Notes under the pieces: generated by a model
What the model saw: the letters and a program-made list of their open reading frames with translations, nothing else
What the model was told of the DNA's origin: nothing
Databases searched by the model: none
Position numbers and translations under genes: made by a program
From: Patellaria atrata CBS 101060
Taxonomy: Eukaryota
Assembly (NCBI GenBank): GCA_010093705.1
Contig: MU006095.1
Span: 62,001 to 126,000 of the forward strand
DNA: 64,000 nt
Direction: 5' to 3'
In this document: in pieces, positions 40,471 through 52,912 of the stretch
Position numbering within the stretch: the first letter of the stretch is position 1
Layout: each line of letters begins with the position of its first letter

Positions 40471-42207
40471 TTATATTATGAGCTTTTCAATAATATTCTG
40501 GGGACCTGTAGCGACCATCGACTGCTGATACTTTTCCCGGTAAAAGGTTTGGATCTTCCGTTCGATGTTGATTTGCTCGCTTTTCCATCTCCCCGATCCA
40601 ATGGTTTGCGTATCATCACCTTTAGAACTAAACCAGCTGCTTAACCCATTCGACTTTGGCCTCGTGTCAACCAAGTGCTTCTCTTCCTCGGCAAAGATGT
40701 CTACCATCTTACCCCAATTTTTCAACCCGACTTCTACGCACTCAATACACTTCTTTTTAGAAGCATCAGGCAGACTTTGCTCCCTGAGACTAGTTTCTGC
40801 TGCTTCTACAGCTTTGCGTGTCCAACCTAATCCTACTTCTCGCTGTCTACTTGAAGACGAAGACATAGAGAAAAGTATCTCGCCAATGAAGGTCATCAGA
40901 GTTGCTTCCTCACAGGGATCGGACGGATTTCGCGTGATGGGAGTATCATAAGATGGGGGTGGAGGAGGGTAAGAAGGCTGTTTTAGAAATGCACCCACGG
41001 AACTATAGGGTGACGGTTCTTTATTTTCTGACTCATCATTTACGAGCACGACAGGTGCCGAGCGTCTTGCGCGTAAAACTGATAAATATATCGGGAGGGA
41101 GGTGGAAGTATCCCCTTTCTGCGCATAATGTGTTGCTGTTTGGGTGACAACGCGTAGCACATTTTCTGACACAGTCTTTGCCTCTGTATTTATTACGAGC
41201 GAGTCTTTCTTGAATAGAGATGACGGATCTGGTAAAGCGGAGACGGCAATGTCGAGGCTCCATTTATACATCTCTTCAGCGGTATCATGAAGACCTTTGA
41301 AATCTAACCAATCTGCGTATGCTAATGCAGCATCAACTCGCTGTCTAGTGGTGAACCCCTTGCTAGTCAATACTCGCATGTAGAATGCTTCAGGGGGTTC
41401 AAAAGCTGGTTCACAATTTTCTTCTAACGGAGGCTCAATCCTTTTGCTGAACGGTGGTAGAGGTTTTGGATGCGGATTTGAAGGTCCTACAACATGAGCA
41501 GGATCCAGAACCCAGTGTCTTGTTGTATCCACGACCATTCCATCCAAATGTTCTGCACATTTTGCACAACCCATTATTACTTTGAAATACCCGTCCTTCC
41601 ATTCGTAGTCCTTAGCTTCGATATTGTATCCTGCTCTTCCTAAACCGGGAATCAATACCGAACCCTCTTCCTGTTCAACCAAACCCTTTCCTTCGTGCTC
41701 TAGATCTTCCAATCGTCTAAGAATCGTTATCCAGTTCCCTGATAATTTAGCCCAATCGATCATCTTTGAGCCATCTGGGGCTGGTGCTTCCTCGTGATGT
41801 CCTTGGCGCCAGAGAGCCCTAGTCTTCATCCGCCATTCTGATGGGCTGGGATATTTGCGCTCCAAGATTTCATTCTTGACTCCATAGCTTAAGAGTGAGA
41901 ATAGGAAGATGCATGAGAAGCTGAAGAAGGTATATTTCCCAGTTAGCCAAGCTTGCTCTTTGAAGTACCTCTTTCGTTCTGTAGTTAATAGACGCGTAAG
42001 CCGTAGCTGCCCGCCTTGAGTTGGGAATGATTGAGTTCCTGGAGAAAGAAAGGGAAGCTGGGGTCGTAACGTCGTGGGTGTTAAGAGGAGCAATCTTGTG
42101 CGTTGGGTAAAAGGTCTCAAAGAGGATAATGGCGATGCTTTGTTAGGAGGCTGAAACTTGCGTAGCAGTGGTTGTATCCGATGACGATCTAAGCGCGTAA
42201 GGGACAT
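40471..42207 (-). CDS. Conserved hypothetical protein: probable mitochondrial presequence, one TM helix and TPR-like helical domain
   Basis: Intronless 578 aa. Arg/Leu-rich, acid-poor N-terminus. Hydrophobic YTFFSFSCIFLFSLLSYGV. Helical-repeat-like segments ALAYADWL...AEEMYKWSL and LMTFIGEILF...WTRKAV. Confidence 0.8.
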   Translation of the reverse strand: MSLTRLDRHRIQPLLRKFQPPNKASPLSSLRPFTQRTRLLLLTPTTLRPQLPFLSPGTQSFPTQGGQLRLTRLLTTERKRYFKEQAWLTGKYTFFSFSCIFLFSLLSYGVKNEILERKYPSPSEWRMKTRALWRQGHHEEAPAPDGSKMIDWAKLSGNWITILRRLEDLEHEGKGLVEQEEGSVLIPGLGRAGYNIEAKDYEWKDGYFKVIMGCAKCAEHLDGMVVDTTRHWVLDPAHVVGPSNPHPKPLPPFSKRIEPPLEENCEPAFEPPEAFYMRVLTSKGFTTRQRVDAALAYADWLDFKGLHDTAEEMYKWSLDIAVSALPDPSSLFKKDSLVINTEAKTVSENVLRVVTQTATHYAQKGDTSTSLPIYLSVLRARRSAPVVLVNDESENKEPSPYSSVGAFLKQPSYPPPPPSYDTPITRNPSDPCEEATLMTFIGEILFSMSSSSSRQREVGLGWTRKAVEAAETSLREQSLPDASKKKCIECVEVGLKNWGKMVDIFAEEEKHLVDTRPKSNGLSSWFSSKGDDTQTIGSGRWKSEQINIERKIQTFYREKYQQSMVATGPQNIIEKLII

Positions 42208-42423
42208 CCTTTACTTGAACAATTGATTGATAGCAAATACATTTGGTTGTTTGCGGTTGGAGTTAGATAGAATCTTAGCTCCAACCTGACGGGAAGCAGG
42301 ACGGAATGTTCCGCCATTCGAATTTTGACTTTGTATAAAGTACCTCCAACTTCAAAAAGCGCGCCACGACTTTACCTCAACACCTCTCAGCCAGGAACAC
42401 GCGGCCTTCTAGGTATCAACAAC

Positions 42424-43317
42424 ATGGGCTCCTCAGGGAAGCACAAGAAAGGAGGCGATGAGAGCCGAAGCCATCAGAAAGGCTCGAAAAAGCGCAAGCA
42501 CGTCGAAACCCTAGAGAAAGTATCGCCAGCAGATGAAAACGTCAATCCCGATACTACTACGGTCGAAGCCACGCCGATTCACAAGAAGAAATCCAAGAAG
42601 CACCGGAAGACTGCGAAGAGCGCGGAAGAGAACCCTGAGAATGGAAAGGAAAGTAGTGCGTTGGACGGTCAGGAATTTGGGACTGGAGAGGTTACCGCGT
42701 CCAAAGCCCAAAGGTTCATAGTATTTGTCGGTAGGTATACAATCGAACTCATCAGAGCTATACCAACCAGGTCGTTAGGCAATTTACCGTACTCTGCGAC
42801 TACAGAGTCTATTCAGAAGCATTTCGTCAAGCTACAACCTAGTGCTGTTCGACACCGTACCGATAGGACCACGGGAAAATCTAAAGGCTTTGCCTTCTTG
42901 GAGTTTGAAAGATATGATCGTATGAAAACATGCCTGAAGCTATATCATCACACAAATTTTGATGACGGTCTTTCACCCGCACGGAAGATCAATGTCGAAC
43001 TAACGTAAGCTATCATTCTGGGAACCGACCAGGGGACTTCACAGTTATGCTAACCTAATTATTCTCATAGCGCTGGTGGAGGAGGTGGCAAGAGCGAGTA
43101 CCGCAAGTCGAAACTCAAAACCAAGAATGAGAAGCTGAATGAGCAACGGAAACGACGAGCCCAGGAAGAGGAAAAAGCAGAGAAAAAGAAGGCCAAGACG
43201 CAGAGTCCTAAATCTGGAGACTCTCAAGCAGAAGTATCGGGTCCGGATGCCATGGATAAAGTTGAACTTGAGGATAGCGGCATCCATCCGAGCCGGAGAG
43301 CTCAGATGCTTCGCTGA
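42424..43317 (+). CDS. NOP6: Nucleolar RRM protein Nop6, 3 exons
   Basis: Lys-rich N-terminus. RNP2 RFIVFVG|NLPY, RNP1 KGFAFLEF, RKINVELT|AGGGGKS and C-terminal GIHPSR. Confidence 0.88.
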
Positions 43318-46234
43318 AGCTTGCTCATCAAAACTTAGGACTCTAGACATTTTCTGATTCCAGTACGGATGGCTGATCTTGCGATTTACTACCTGTCGTC
43401 ATTACTAAACCCTGCGACTATCATGGTTGCGCAGAGATACACGGAGTACTACTTCTACCAGTTATACGCCTTTCGTCTTTTGCTGCGGACGTTTTCTGTT
43501 TGCTTATCTTCCACTAGGATGAAGTTTTTTTACAACTACCCTTTCCATCAACTCCCGGATCTCGACTACTCACTAAAGGAACATTGGAAACTAACTCTCC
43601 AGTGCCATGGACTTGAATGTCTCAAAAGATATTTAGCAACTTCTCATTACCACCTAGTATCCTCCTTTGTTGCACCTCGGCCTCTACCTTAGCATCTGCT
43701 TTGCTTCCGTCGTTCCACAATCTGTACTTGTGGTCCCCTACTTTCAGTTAGTGGCGGAATGACCTTCGCTTCCCTACGGTTTATATGTAAGACTACAGGC
43801 CGATATCAGTTGACGTGATACTGGACACCGCATCTAGATACCTTACGTGGCGACGCCAGCCACAGGAAAATCGACAAACTCTTTCCGGTTATAGGAGCGA
43901 ATCAAATTATCATGATAAACTTTCTCGTGTCTGCCGTCGACATTCTTGACATCGTTACGTGGACGGCTCTTTGAACTAATTCGGTCCCCTCGCGATGAGA
44001 CGACTCTTTAACGAATCATTTTGGATTACTGAACAGATGATGGCTATGCCATGTTGCGGGCCTCAGCAGCTAGTACTTCCAAGTCTAAGACAATGGCATG
44101 AAATGGGATGTTAAGCATCAGTCTCGGTACCTCTTCATTTCAGAAATGCCCTCCCATCATTTCGACCCGCCGATCGCAGGTTTCAGTTTATGATTTCGAG
44201 TTCATTACTTCACACCGCAACACTCTATGCTTGTGTGATACTGATGCGAATGCTCGTCATCTGCTTCTACCAACTGTTCTTATTCCATAGACAGTTGTCC
44301 ATCATTATCAGTAATGTACTGGGAAGGTACTGATCAACAGAGATTGTGATATCTATGTGATAAAATCATACCTCTTGCTGATTCCTCTCCAAACGACCTG
44401 CAAAACAACGACTCTGCAAAGGGTGCAGCTCTTCATAAATTACTAAAGTGTTTCGCCCGCAGACAACTGTGATTACCCTTTAGTCTACCTCTCACACGAA
44501 AACCATACGCTTTTACTACCAAATGATGCCTTTCATTACCGACTTCGATTATTCTTCATTTTTAGAATTCGGAATAACTACAAGGCAACAGAAGGGGCTA
44601 CAAGTGATACCCCTGGCCACTCAATCGTGATTCCTATAGTAGGGTCCCGGCCAAAGCTTACGACAACATGGCAGACCCGAGCAACTAAGCTCTTCCACGA
44701 TACCTAAGCATGAAAGGCGTGTGAAAAAGATCATATCAAAATTTCGAACGATACAAGACCTATTCGTCCAATAGCCAGTTGATTAAACTTGACCGTGACA
44801 AGGTAGGCATGATGATCGAACTTTCTTTAAGCTCATAAGTCATTAGTAGTTATGAAATGGTCCATTCCATTTGTTTGGTTATCGTCGTTCACAGCCTCTC
44901 ATCCAAGTTTTGTGGTACCTCTGCCTCCATGGCTTTCTCTTAATGTTCGCGAATTTAAAATATGTCTCAACAACTGGACGTTTTCCTAGAATTGTTAACC
45001 AATATTATGAATCTTAACTACACTTGAAGAAAAGAACACATACGTCTTGATAAATGCAGTAGTTTAAGAAGAAGGCAATATGATCTTCGGTGATTTCTTG
45101 CTCTTTAGGTCTGTACGAAAAATGGTTGGTATAACTTATCGGCGAGATCCCCTTAGTATACTCACCGACAATAGTAAGCTTAGTCACACCACAACAACCA
45201 CACCTGTATATTTAACTTCCTGTATTACTTATGAACTTTGATTTAATTTGTTGATTCAAAATGGAAACATTGTTTTGGGCCACAATTTATGGAATCCTTG
45301 TGCCTTATAACCTGTTCTGTGAACCTGTTATTTATCACTTTCGGTTTAGGGAAGTGGCGCGTGGACCCGTAATTAGATATCCTACATGAGTGCATACTTC
45401 CCCAGATTTTGAAGAACAGCTGACGACTCTCTAATAGTACGCGTGAATTGAATATGATCATTATAACCCCCACGGGCGCGAACCATCTACATTTCTCCCT
45501 TATTACCGTATTACCACATATCCCTTCTGAAGCTCACCGTAAAAGATTATGATAGTGCAAAGCAAACTTATGATGGAAAAGTTCCGCTCAAGAGCAGTGT
45601 TTTATATCTCCGTGGAGTATTGTCTGAACCAGCTTTTCAACCCTACCGTGATTCGAGAGGAACATTTCCCCTGTGCAAAGGAGGCGATTAATCATTGACA
45701 ATCTTCTTCCTATCCCAATCAATGATTAGAAACTCTACGGTACTTGAAAATCTCAGTTTGTTCTGAATGAATTGTGGTGGCGTCTCAGCTGAGGAAAATA
45801 TTGCTGGGGGGAACATTATCTTTTCATCCTGGTTGCGGAATGGAGTATTGAGAAAGAGGCAGCTTACACCTTAATACCGCATCTCCTTCCAAATCAGGTA
45901 ATCAAAAGTGCCATAACCACGCGCAAAACCATTGCTTATGGACGGGATATGACAGCTGTTGTCCAAAAGAATATGAGACGCAAATGCAAAGTATCACAAG
46001 GTGATATTTACCAGGTTCGAGGTGAGATTCACCGTCCGCTAAGCGTGGACGAAGACCCTCTATCGTGGGGGTGGAAAATTTTCTCCAATCGATATTCAGA
46101 TTGCGCGGTGACAATATGTTCTCGAGCAGGTATTTAAGGCCATCCAATTCCTTCGATTTCTTGGATCAGCACAGCATAACAAGTCTTCAGTTTCTTATCA
46201 ATTGACTCTCAAAAATCAATCCGTATCCATCAAC

Positions 46235-46767
46235 ATGCGTTTCTCGGTCTCTTCATTCTTGGCTTTCATGCCTTTTACTACAGTCCTTGCAGCTCCTCTT
46301 GAGGCTACGAAAACAAATGTTTCCAATGCCACTCATGTAGAAGTTGCGCGCCAAGCTCATACACAAGGGACTGCAACCTTCTTCTTCCAAAATGGGGGTA
46401 TCGGCTCCTGCGGCGAGCAGCATAGCGACAATGAGTTCCTAGTCGCTATGGCATCCAGCTTCAACAATGAGTTTTGCGGCCGCGGTATTATTGTCACCAA
46501 TATCAATGGCGGGCAAGGCAATGGAAACCAGGTCTCTGCTAGGATTGTGGATACCTGTCCAAGTTGTGCTTCGAATGACCTTGGTGAGTGGTGTTGCTAG
46601 GAGTCAATTTTCCGTCAGACTGACCTGAGATCCAGATTTGAGCGTTGGCGCTTTCAGTGCGCTTACCAATGGGGATCTTGATCTCGGTGTCATTGCGATT
46701 GACTGGTAAGTTCAGCCCCATGCACAAATTGTGAGTTAAAGCTAATGTGCATAGGTTCATCCCCTAG
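46235..46767 (+). CDS. Small secreted RlpA-like double-psi beta-barrel (expansin/loosenin-like) protein, 3 exons
   Basis: Signal peptide MRFSVSSFLAFMPFTTVLA. GTATFF...GSCG...LVAM...CGRGI...IVDTCPSC...DL|DLSVGAF. Ends W|FIP*. Confidence 0.9.
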
Positions 46768-49062
46768 TTTTTTCAGATAGACTACACCTTACGATCGTTC
46801 AAGCATTTTCATGCCAGTTGTGTGATGGAAAGTTGTATTTCTGGCTAACTCAATAAATTTGCAAAGGTTTTGTTACTCTGAGTTTGTAGGAGGTAGTACC
46901 TTGGTACAATTCGCGGTCATTGTCAATAGCAAATCTTGGCTGATAGAATAGTTAACCTGGAATATAAGTACCGGTTGCAATATGAACATGGTGAAATGCT
47001 CAAAGAGTCCCTATTACGAAATCGAACATTACAGTATGTGTCAGTACCGTATTGTCTCAATTTATGGGATAATCCGTCGCATATAGGTTACATCAGCATG
47101 CTATATACTCACATAGACTTGTTGTTAACTGCACAGACGGTATGCCTCAGGGCCCCGCAGCAAGAACTCTGGGTATATGAGAAAGCTTGCATGTAGAGAT
47201 ATCTCTGGCGCTTTGAAGTTGAAGGATGTATCCTGGAAACCAGCTAGGGTTCCGCTAAGGCGAGAAATGTGACCTGGTCCACTGTTTCATTGGCAACCTG
47301 TTGACTATCTGTTGGAGAGTATTTCGCAACGCTGAGATGTGCTTGCAGCCTCTTGTGACCTACCAAATAAACGTATACGTAAAAGATATTAATGAGACAT
47401 GTCTAGCGGCATTTACTTTCCTGATGACTTTGACACCCAGGGGGGGCTTCCTTTTACTACCCGGGACTTTGGCATCTAGTGCCGTACGAATGTAATCCTG
47501 GCGTCGCCTGTGGGAACCACGACGGATGTGACCCTTGCGAAGATCCTCCAGGCATTCGCCTTTTCTTTCCCGTAATTGAGATCATCGATAACGCACGAAT
47601 TCGCTAGTTTGATTTGTACATGCGGGGACTTTGCCGGCTTGGAATTCTACACCAACATACTAGTAGTTATGCGGCACGCCGGCACGTGTACAGTAGCTTG
47701 TGTGCTTAAGGTACGTACCTACATGGCCGAACGGATCATTCGGTACTTTCAGAGGAGAGCCGCCTCGCATAGTTTTCTCTACATCTGAGTAGCATCTCTC
47801 CCGCTTCTTGGTTCTGCTCTGAGATTCATGAGTTGCGTCGACTATCATAGTATCAAAGGTGCCTGTGATAACTTACAGTACGGTACATATAGCATGAATG
47901 CATTGGATGGTCTAATCTCACAGTTTTCTCTTATCTGTTATTTATAGTTTAAAGTATATCGGGCGCATGTCAGTAAATGAATGGAGGTTAAGGTTGGGGT
48001 AAGATATCCGTAGTTCTAAGATGTTCGCTTAAATCGAAGGATCTAACCGTCTGAAGGCTAGCACCAAAGGGGACGCCACAAGCTTATCAGGAACCTAACC
48101 TTTATTAAACACCTGAATCGAACCCCATACTCCAACTTATAACCATAATTCTGGCTATATTATTATCCCTCGACACGCAGGGCAGCGTTAACAACATCAG
48201 CCTGAAGAGTCGACCGAATTCACCGAAGGTCGTCTTGGGTCCTAGACGCGAAATATTATCGGCTTCGATTCATCTCTTCTTATCGTCGAGGGCGAAATAC
48301 CGGTATCAAAGATTAAGTATAGAGCTTTCCAATTTCGTTATGCAGCTTGTGATGTAGAATAATCTATATCTTAAATATCACTGCTACCAATGATAGTCAA
48401 CACTTCCTTTCTATAACTATTTTATACCTATCAGACGTGGTCTGGTAGAAATTGCCTGCAAATGAAGCTTTTCGGGAAAGCAAAGCTTAGGGATCCGTCT
48501 AACCTTGCCTATAAAAATTTGGCTTGGGTCACAGTCCCTGACTCCCTGTTCTTTCTTAAACAAGGTCTACATACTTTCGTTGCATACCGTCCTACCTTAC
48601 GCAAGTTCAAGGGTGTCAAACTCCTTTCCACATTTTACACGTCTTGGTAGGAGGTTAGGTAGCTACGGTAATTGCCAGAATTTCCGGAAATGGTTCTTCC
48701 GCCTTTCACAAGCGTTGCTGTGGAAGAGAAATCAATGACTTGGCGCATAGAGAATCAGACGCTCTACCCACGCGAGTAGCATATTTTCTAGGGTAACTGC
48801 ATATACTGGCATCTAACCCCTCGCAAGCACTATGGTTCCTGCGATTATGACAGAGGTGGCTGAAAAAAAAGTATTCTAGGAACTAAAAGAAGCGTGGTAG
48901 ATATCTAGTTGACCGCAGATGGGGAGAAACTTGGAGAACCATGGCTCCGGAGCAGAATAAATAGCAGCGATGGGTAGTAAGAAAATCAATACTTTCTGGA
49001 GCAAGCCTGAACTATCAGTAAAGTCCTGTTCCAGAGCAGTCCTTCAGTGGTGATCAATCATC

Positions 49063-51213
49063 ATGTCGTTCATTGACGGTCTGACACATTCTCTCAATCT
49101 GACAAACACCCTCTCCCAGGTTGTAACAAATGGTATACAAGTAGATAGCTCTAGGCGTATCTATAACTGACATTCCTTCCAGGTCTCTCGGTCCTTGGAA
49201 CACTTGATGCCCCATACTTGCCAAAATACCTTTCTCAAATTGTACGAGACCTCTTTCCAAATCTCCAGCGCCTGTTAATGTGTATAAGCCACTTATAGGA
49301 TACCCATGGGGCAACCGTAATGTCTCAAATACGAACCCTTTCGAGGAATATCCTGACACTGGAGTTGTCCGCACGTATGACTTTACCGTATCCCGCGGAA
49401 AGCTTGCACCAGATGGTGTCGAGAAAAATGTAATGCTCATCAATGGAGCATTCCCTGGCCCCTTGATTGAAGCGAATTGGGGTGATACGATCCAAGTCAC
49501 CGTGCACAACAATCTGGGTGAAGAAGAGGAGGGAACATCTATGCACTGGCATGGATTAACGCAAAAGGAATCCCAGTGGTTTGACGGTGTACCCGGGGTC
49601 ACGCAATGTCCTATCGCACCGAACAAGAAAATGACCTATTCCTTCAAAGCTGATATGTATGGCACAAGCTGGTATCATAGGTATGTCCCATCACTGTGTG
49701 CGTGTTCCATCTGTTGACAGCAAAAGTCATTACTCTGCGCAGTATGCCGATGGAATCTTTGGCCCTATGGTTATCTATGGTCCTTCAGCACTTCCGTATG
49801 ACATTGATATTGGACCTGTTATGTTACATGATCATTATCACTCCGATTACTATAGCCTTGTGCAGGGGATCATGACTCCTGTCACTGGCGTGCTGCCACC
49901 ACCGTCTAATAACAACCTCATCAACGGGAAAATGAATGCGGACTGCTCCGCCGTCTTAGCTCCCCTGACTTGCAGGTCCAACGCGGGTCTCTCAAAGTTC
50001 AAATTCGAAAAAGGAAAGGTCCATCGTCTGAGATTGATCAATTCTGGAGCGGAAGGTATCCAAAAGTTCTCGATCGATGGACATACCATGAAGGTCATTG
50101 CTAACGATTTTGTGCCTGTTAAACCTTATGATACGAACGTTGTTACTCTGGGCATTGGACAGCGAACCGATGTACTAGTCACTGCTAATGGGGAACGTAC
50201 TGATGCAGTTTGGATGCGATCCCAGATCAATCTTCCCTGCGGTGTTAGCCTGCAAGGTACTTCATTGGCAGCCATTTACTACGACGATGCAGATACAAAT
50301 AAGGCTCCTACGACGTCTTTACCTCAAGTCTTCAACCCAATTGCTTGCCAGAACGTAAGCTATACTCCTTTCCAATTATGCTATAGAATATCAAACTCAT
50401 TCATCTTAGGATGACCTATTGACAACTGAACCGTACTACGAGTTTGGAGCCCAACCGGAACCTGAGACCGTGGAAACGATCAATATAGATTTTGCTGTAA
50501 ATGCCACTGGTCACGCTCTGTTCTTCATGGATGGATCTTCTTTTCGTGTCAATTATGAGTAAGATTATGTCCTTGATGTCAGGATTCTATAAATTTCTAA
50601 CTTCTCTAGTCATCCTGTGCTTCTTCTTTCAAATGCGGGCAATAACAGTTACCCTCACGATCCCCAGTGGAATGTGTACAATTTTGGCTCTAATTCTTCG
50701 ATCCGTATTGTCATAAATAACCGATTCCCACTTTCTCATCCTATGGTACGTCAAGAAAATGTCGACTTACGGACACTGGGCTAACTATATTAGCACCTTC
50801 ACGGCCACAACTTCTTCGTCCTCGCCGAGGGCCTTGGAGTGTGGGATGGCATTGTGAGGAGGCCAAATAACCCGCAACGACGTGATGTTCAACTAGTGCA
50901 AGGCTTAGGCTATATCGTTCTCCAAATCAATGCTGACAATCCCGGAGTCTGGCCTCTACATTGTACGTTTTCCATCCCTAAGATTGCAGTCGGATCACGT
51001 TATCTAATTGATATTCTTCAAGGTCATATTGCTTGGCATGTTAGTTCAGGATTGTACGTCAACGTCGTCGAGAGACCAGATGATATTCGAGACTTGGCGA
51101 TCCCCGAGAGTGTTAGACAAGGCTGTCGGGATTGGTGGGATTTCAGCGGTACAGAGTATGTTAACCAGATCGACTCTGGCCTTCGACGACCTCGACGGGA
51201 GATCAAACTGTAG
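49063..51213 (+). CDS. Laccase-like multicopper oxidase (AA1), multi-exon
   Basis: All four Cu motifs are present: HWHG, WYH|SH, HPM|HLHGH and [13 protein letters not shown]-terminal DSGL. The N-terminus reconstructs over two short introns as MSFIDGL...[31 protein letters not shown]. Confidence 0.93.
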
Positions 51214-51835
51214 GCTCACCTGAGGTTATCATTTTCATTCATAATCACTACCCCCTCGATACTCTTTAGTAAGAAGCTGTCACCTTTTATGACACGCTTC
51301 TTCTTTTGATAGTAATATTGTATGTTTGCTTTATTTTAGCATTCTACACGTCAGATCAACTTTTCGCGATAAGTAGCACGATAAGTCTACCAGAGTACAA
51401 TGAATCCAGGCCGTCGGTTTACGTATACCCCCTAATCGATACACCTATAACCCCTCTGTTTTGATACATGCGCACCCCTTCCTTAAAAATCGGGTCATGT
51501 ATCGGTAATAGTCTAATTCAGTCACACTTACAACATGCTTTACCAGCCCACCTCATTATTCATACTATCAGTCCGCTCCATGGATTGCTCGAAAGCCTAG
51601 TTCTAAGGCGGGGCTGTAATTGTACAGTTCAAGGTTTTGGCGTAGCTCTCAGCGTTATACATGACCATATTAATTAAGAGAGGCGTGTACGTATACCAAA
51701 ACGGGGTGATGTATGTGTATTGATTAAGGGGTCCACACAAACTGGCGACTCAAAATCTGTTAAGGTGCTTTATTTCTTCAACTAAAGGGGGTATGTTTTC
51801 TAATGATCTGGCTAAACCAGAAGTAGAAGCTCTGT

Positions 51836-52912
51836 TCACTTCTTCGTCTTTGCCTTTTTGGCTTTGCCTCCAACAGTAGGCCTTGGGTTACGAGCTCTCT
51901 TATTTCCCTTCGGTTCTGGTACCGGCTCAGCTGCTTCTCCTTCCTCAACGACGCTCTTCTCTTTCTCGGTCTCTTTCTCCGTTTCCTTGCAATTCGGGCT
52001 TCCGCACTTGCATCCACCACCTGGGAATTTGTAATAGCGGCCGTAGTCACACCACAACTCCGTTCCAGCGGGGATGCGCTCCACCGCCTTCAAGGCTTCA
52101 CTAATCCCATCACCGACCCGTTCAACCCTGAATTCTACATTAGGATCACAGCAGTGGTTGATGAATCTGGTCCAGTTACCCTCGTACCGGGCATCAAGGC
52201 ACATCAGGAAATCTCCCGGTCCGGCCTCATCGTCGCTGGAAAGAGAACGTGCTTCCCAAGCCACGGCTGGTTGCGCAGTTGCCTCTGAGGCCTTTGCAAC
52301 GGCGCGAAGAGCTTTCACCGGCCGAGTCCGCGTCCGCTTCTTTAAGATTTGAGGTTCGGGCACTGGAACCATTTTCGCACTCTTCAGGAACAACTTGATC
52401 ATGAATCCGTAGTCGTTTTTTGCGTCCTTTTCTACGTCATCGTCACTGATTGGTCTAAGCTGGCCGAAATACTCCCCGAGCCAGGACCCCTTTTTGATGT
52501 CTTTTTTGGTAAAAACACCCCAGCCGCCGAGGTCCTCGCGTTTTCGGAACTCCAGGTGTTCTTCGAACCAGGCCTCGCTGTTCTTCCCGCTCCAGACCGC
52601 TTCGGTACACGTGCACGACATGGTTTTGGCGCTCGGGGAGGGGCATTGGAAGCCACGGCATAGTTTCGTTCTAATGGTCTCATCTTCACGACGGTAGACG
52701 GAGAGGATATCTTCGGGGAAACGGAGGGAAGAAGGCCACCAGGACGGCTTTACCATTTCGATCCATTCGGCAGAATGGGGGTAGATCTTCTGGGTGAAGA
52801 TCATAGTAGGTGCAAAGCCCTTTTCTCCTTCTCCGGGAAGGGGACGGTTCCTCGCGACCTCCTCCTCATTGTTAACTTTAATTAAGAAGTGCTTGACGAC
52901 GGTAATAACCAT
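51836..52912 (-). CDS. Intronless SET plus post-SET domain protein (histone methyltransferase-like)
   Basis: GWGVFTKKDIKKGSWLGEYFG, LDARYEGNWTRFINHCCDPN, ELWCDYG and post-SET CKCGSPNC. Confidence 0.87.
   Translation of the reverse strand: MVITVVKHFLIKVNNEEEVARNRPLPGEGEKGFAPTMIFTQKIYPHSAEWIEMVKPSWWPSSLRFPEDILSVYRREDETIRTKLCRGFQCPSPSAKTMSCTCTEAVWSGKNSEAWFEEHLEFRKREDLGGWGVFTKKDIKKGSWLGEYFGQLRPISDDDVEKDAKNDYGFMIKLFLKSAKMVPVPEPQILKKRTRTRPVKALRAVAKASEATAQPAVAWEARSLSSDDEAGPGDFLMCLDARYEGNWTRFINHCCDPNVEFRVERVGDGISEALKAVERIPAGTELWCDYGRYYKFPGGGCKCGSPNCKETEKETEKEKSVVEEGEAAEPVPEPKGNKRARNPRPTVGGKAKKAKTKK

Noticed and set aside
43369..44480. Short ORFs downstream of NOP6 as a possible gene relic
   Set aside because: No recognisable domain or consistent exon chain could be assembled by eye.
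48113..48130. GGTTCGATTC T-loop-like word on the minus strand (tRNA?)
   Set aside because: The flanks do not pair as a T-stem and no cloverleaf can be built.
49201..49300. Apparent frameshift at the laccase N-terminus (pseudogene?)
   Set aside because: It is resolved by short GT-AG introns that give a continuous frame.
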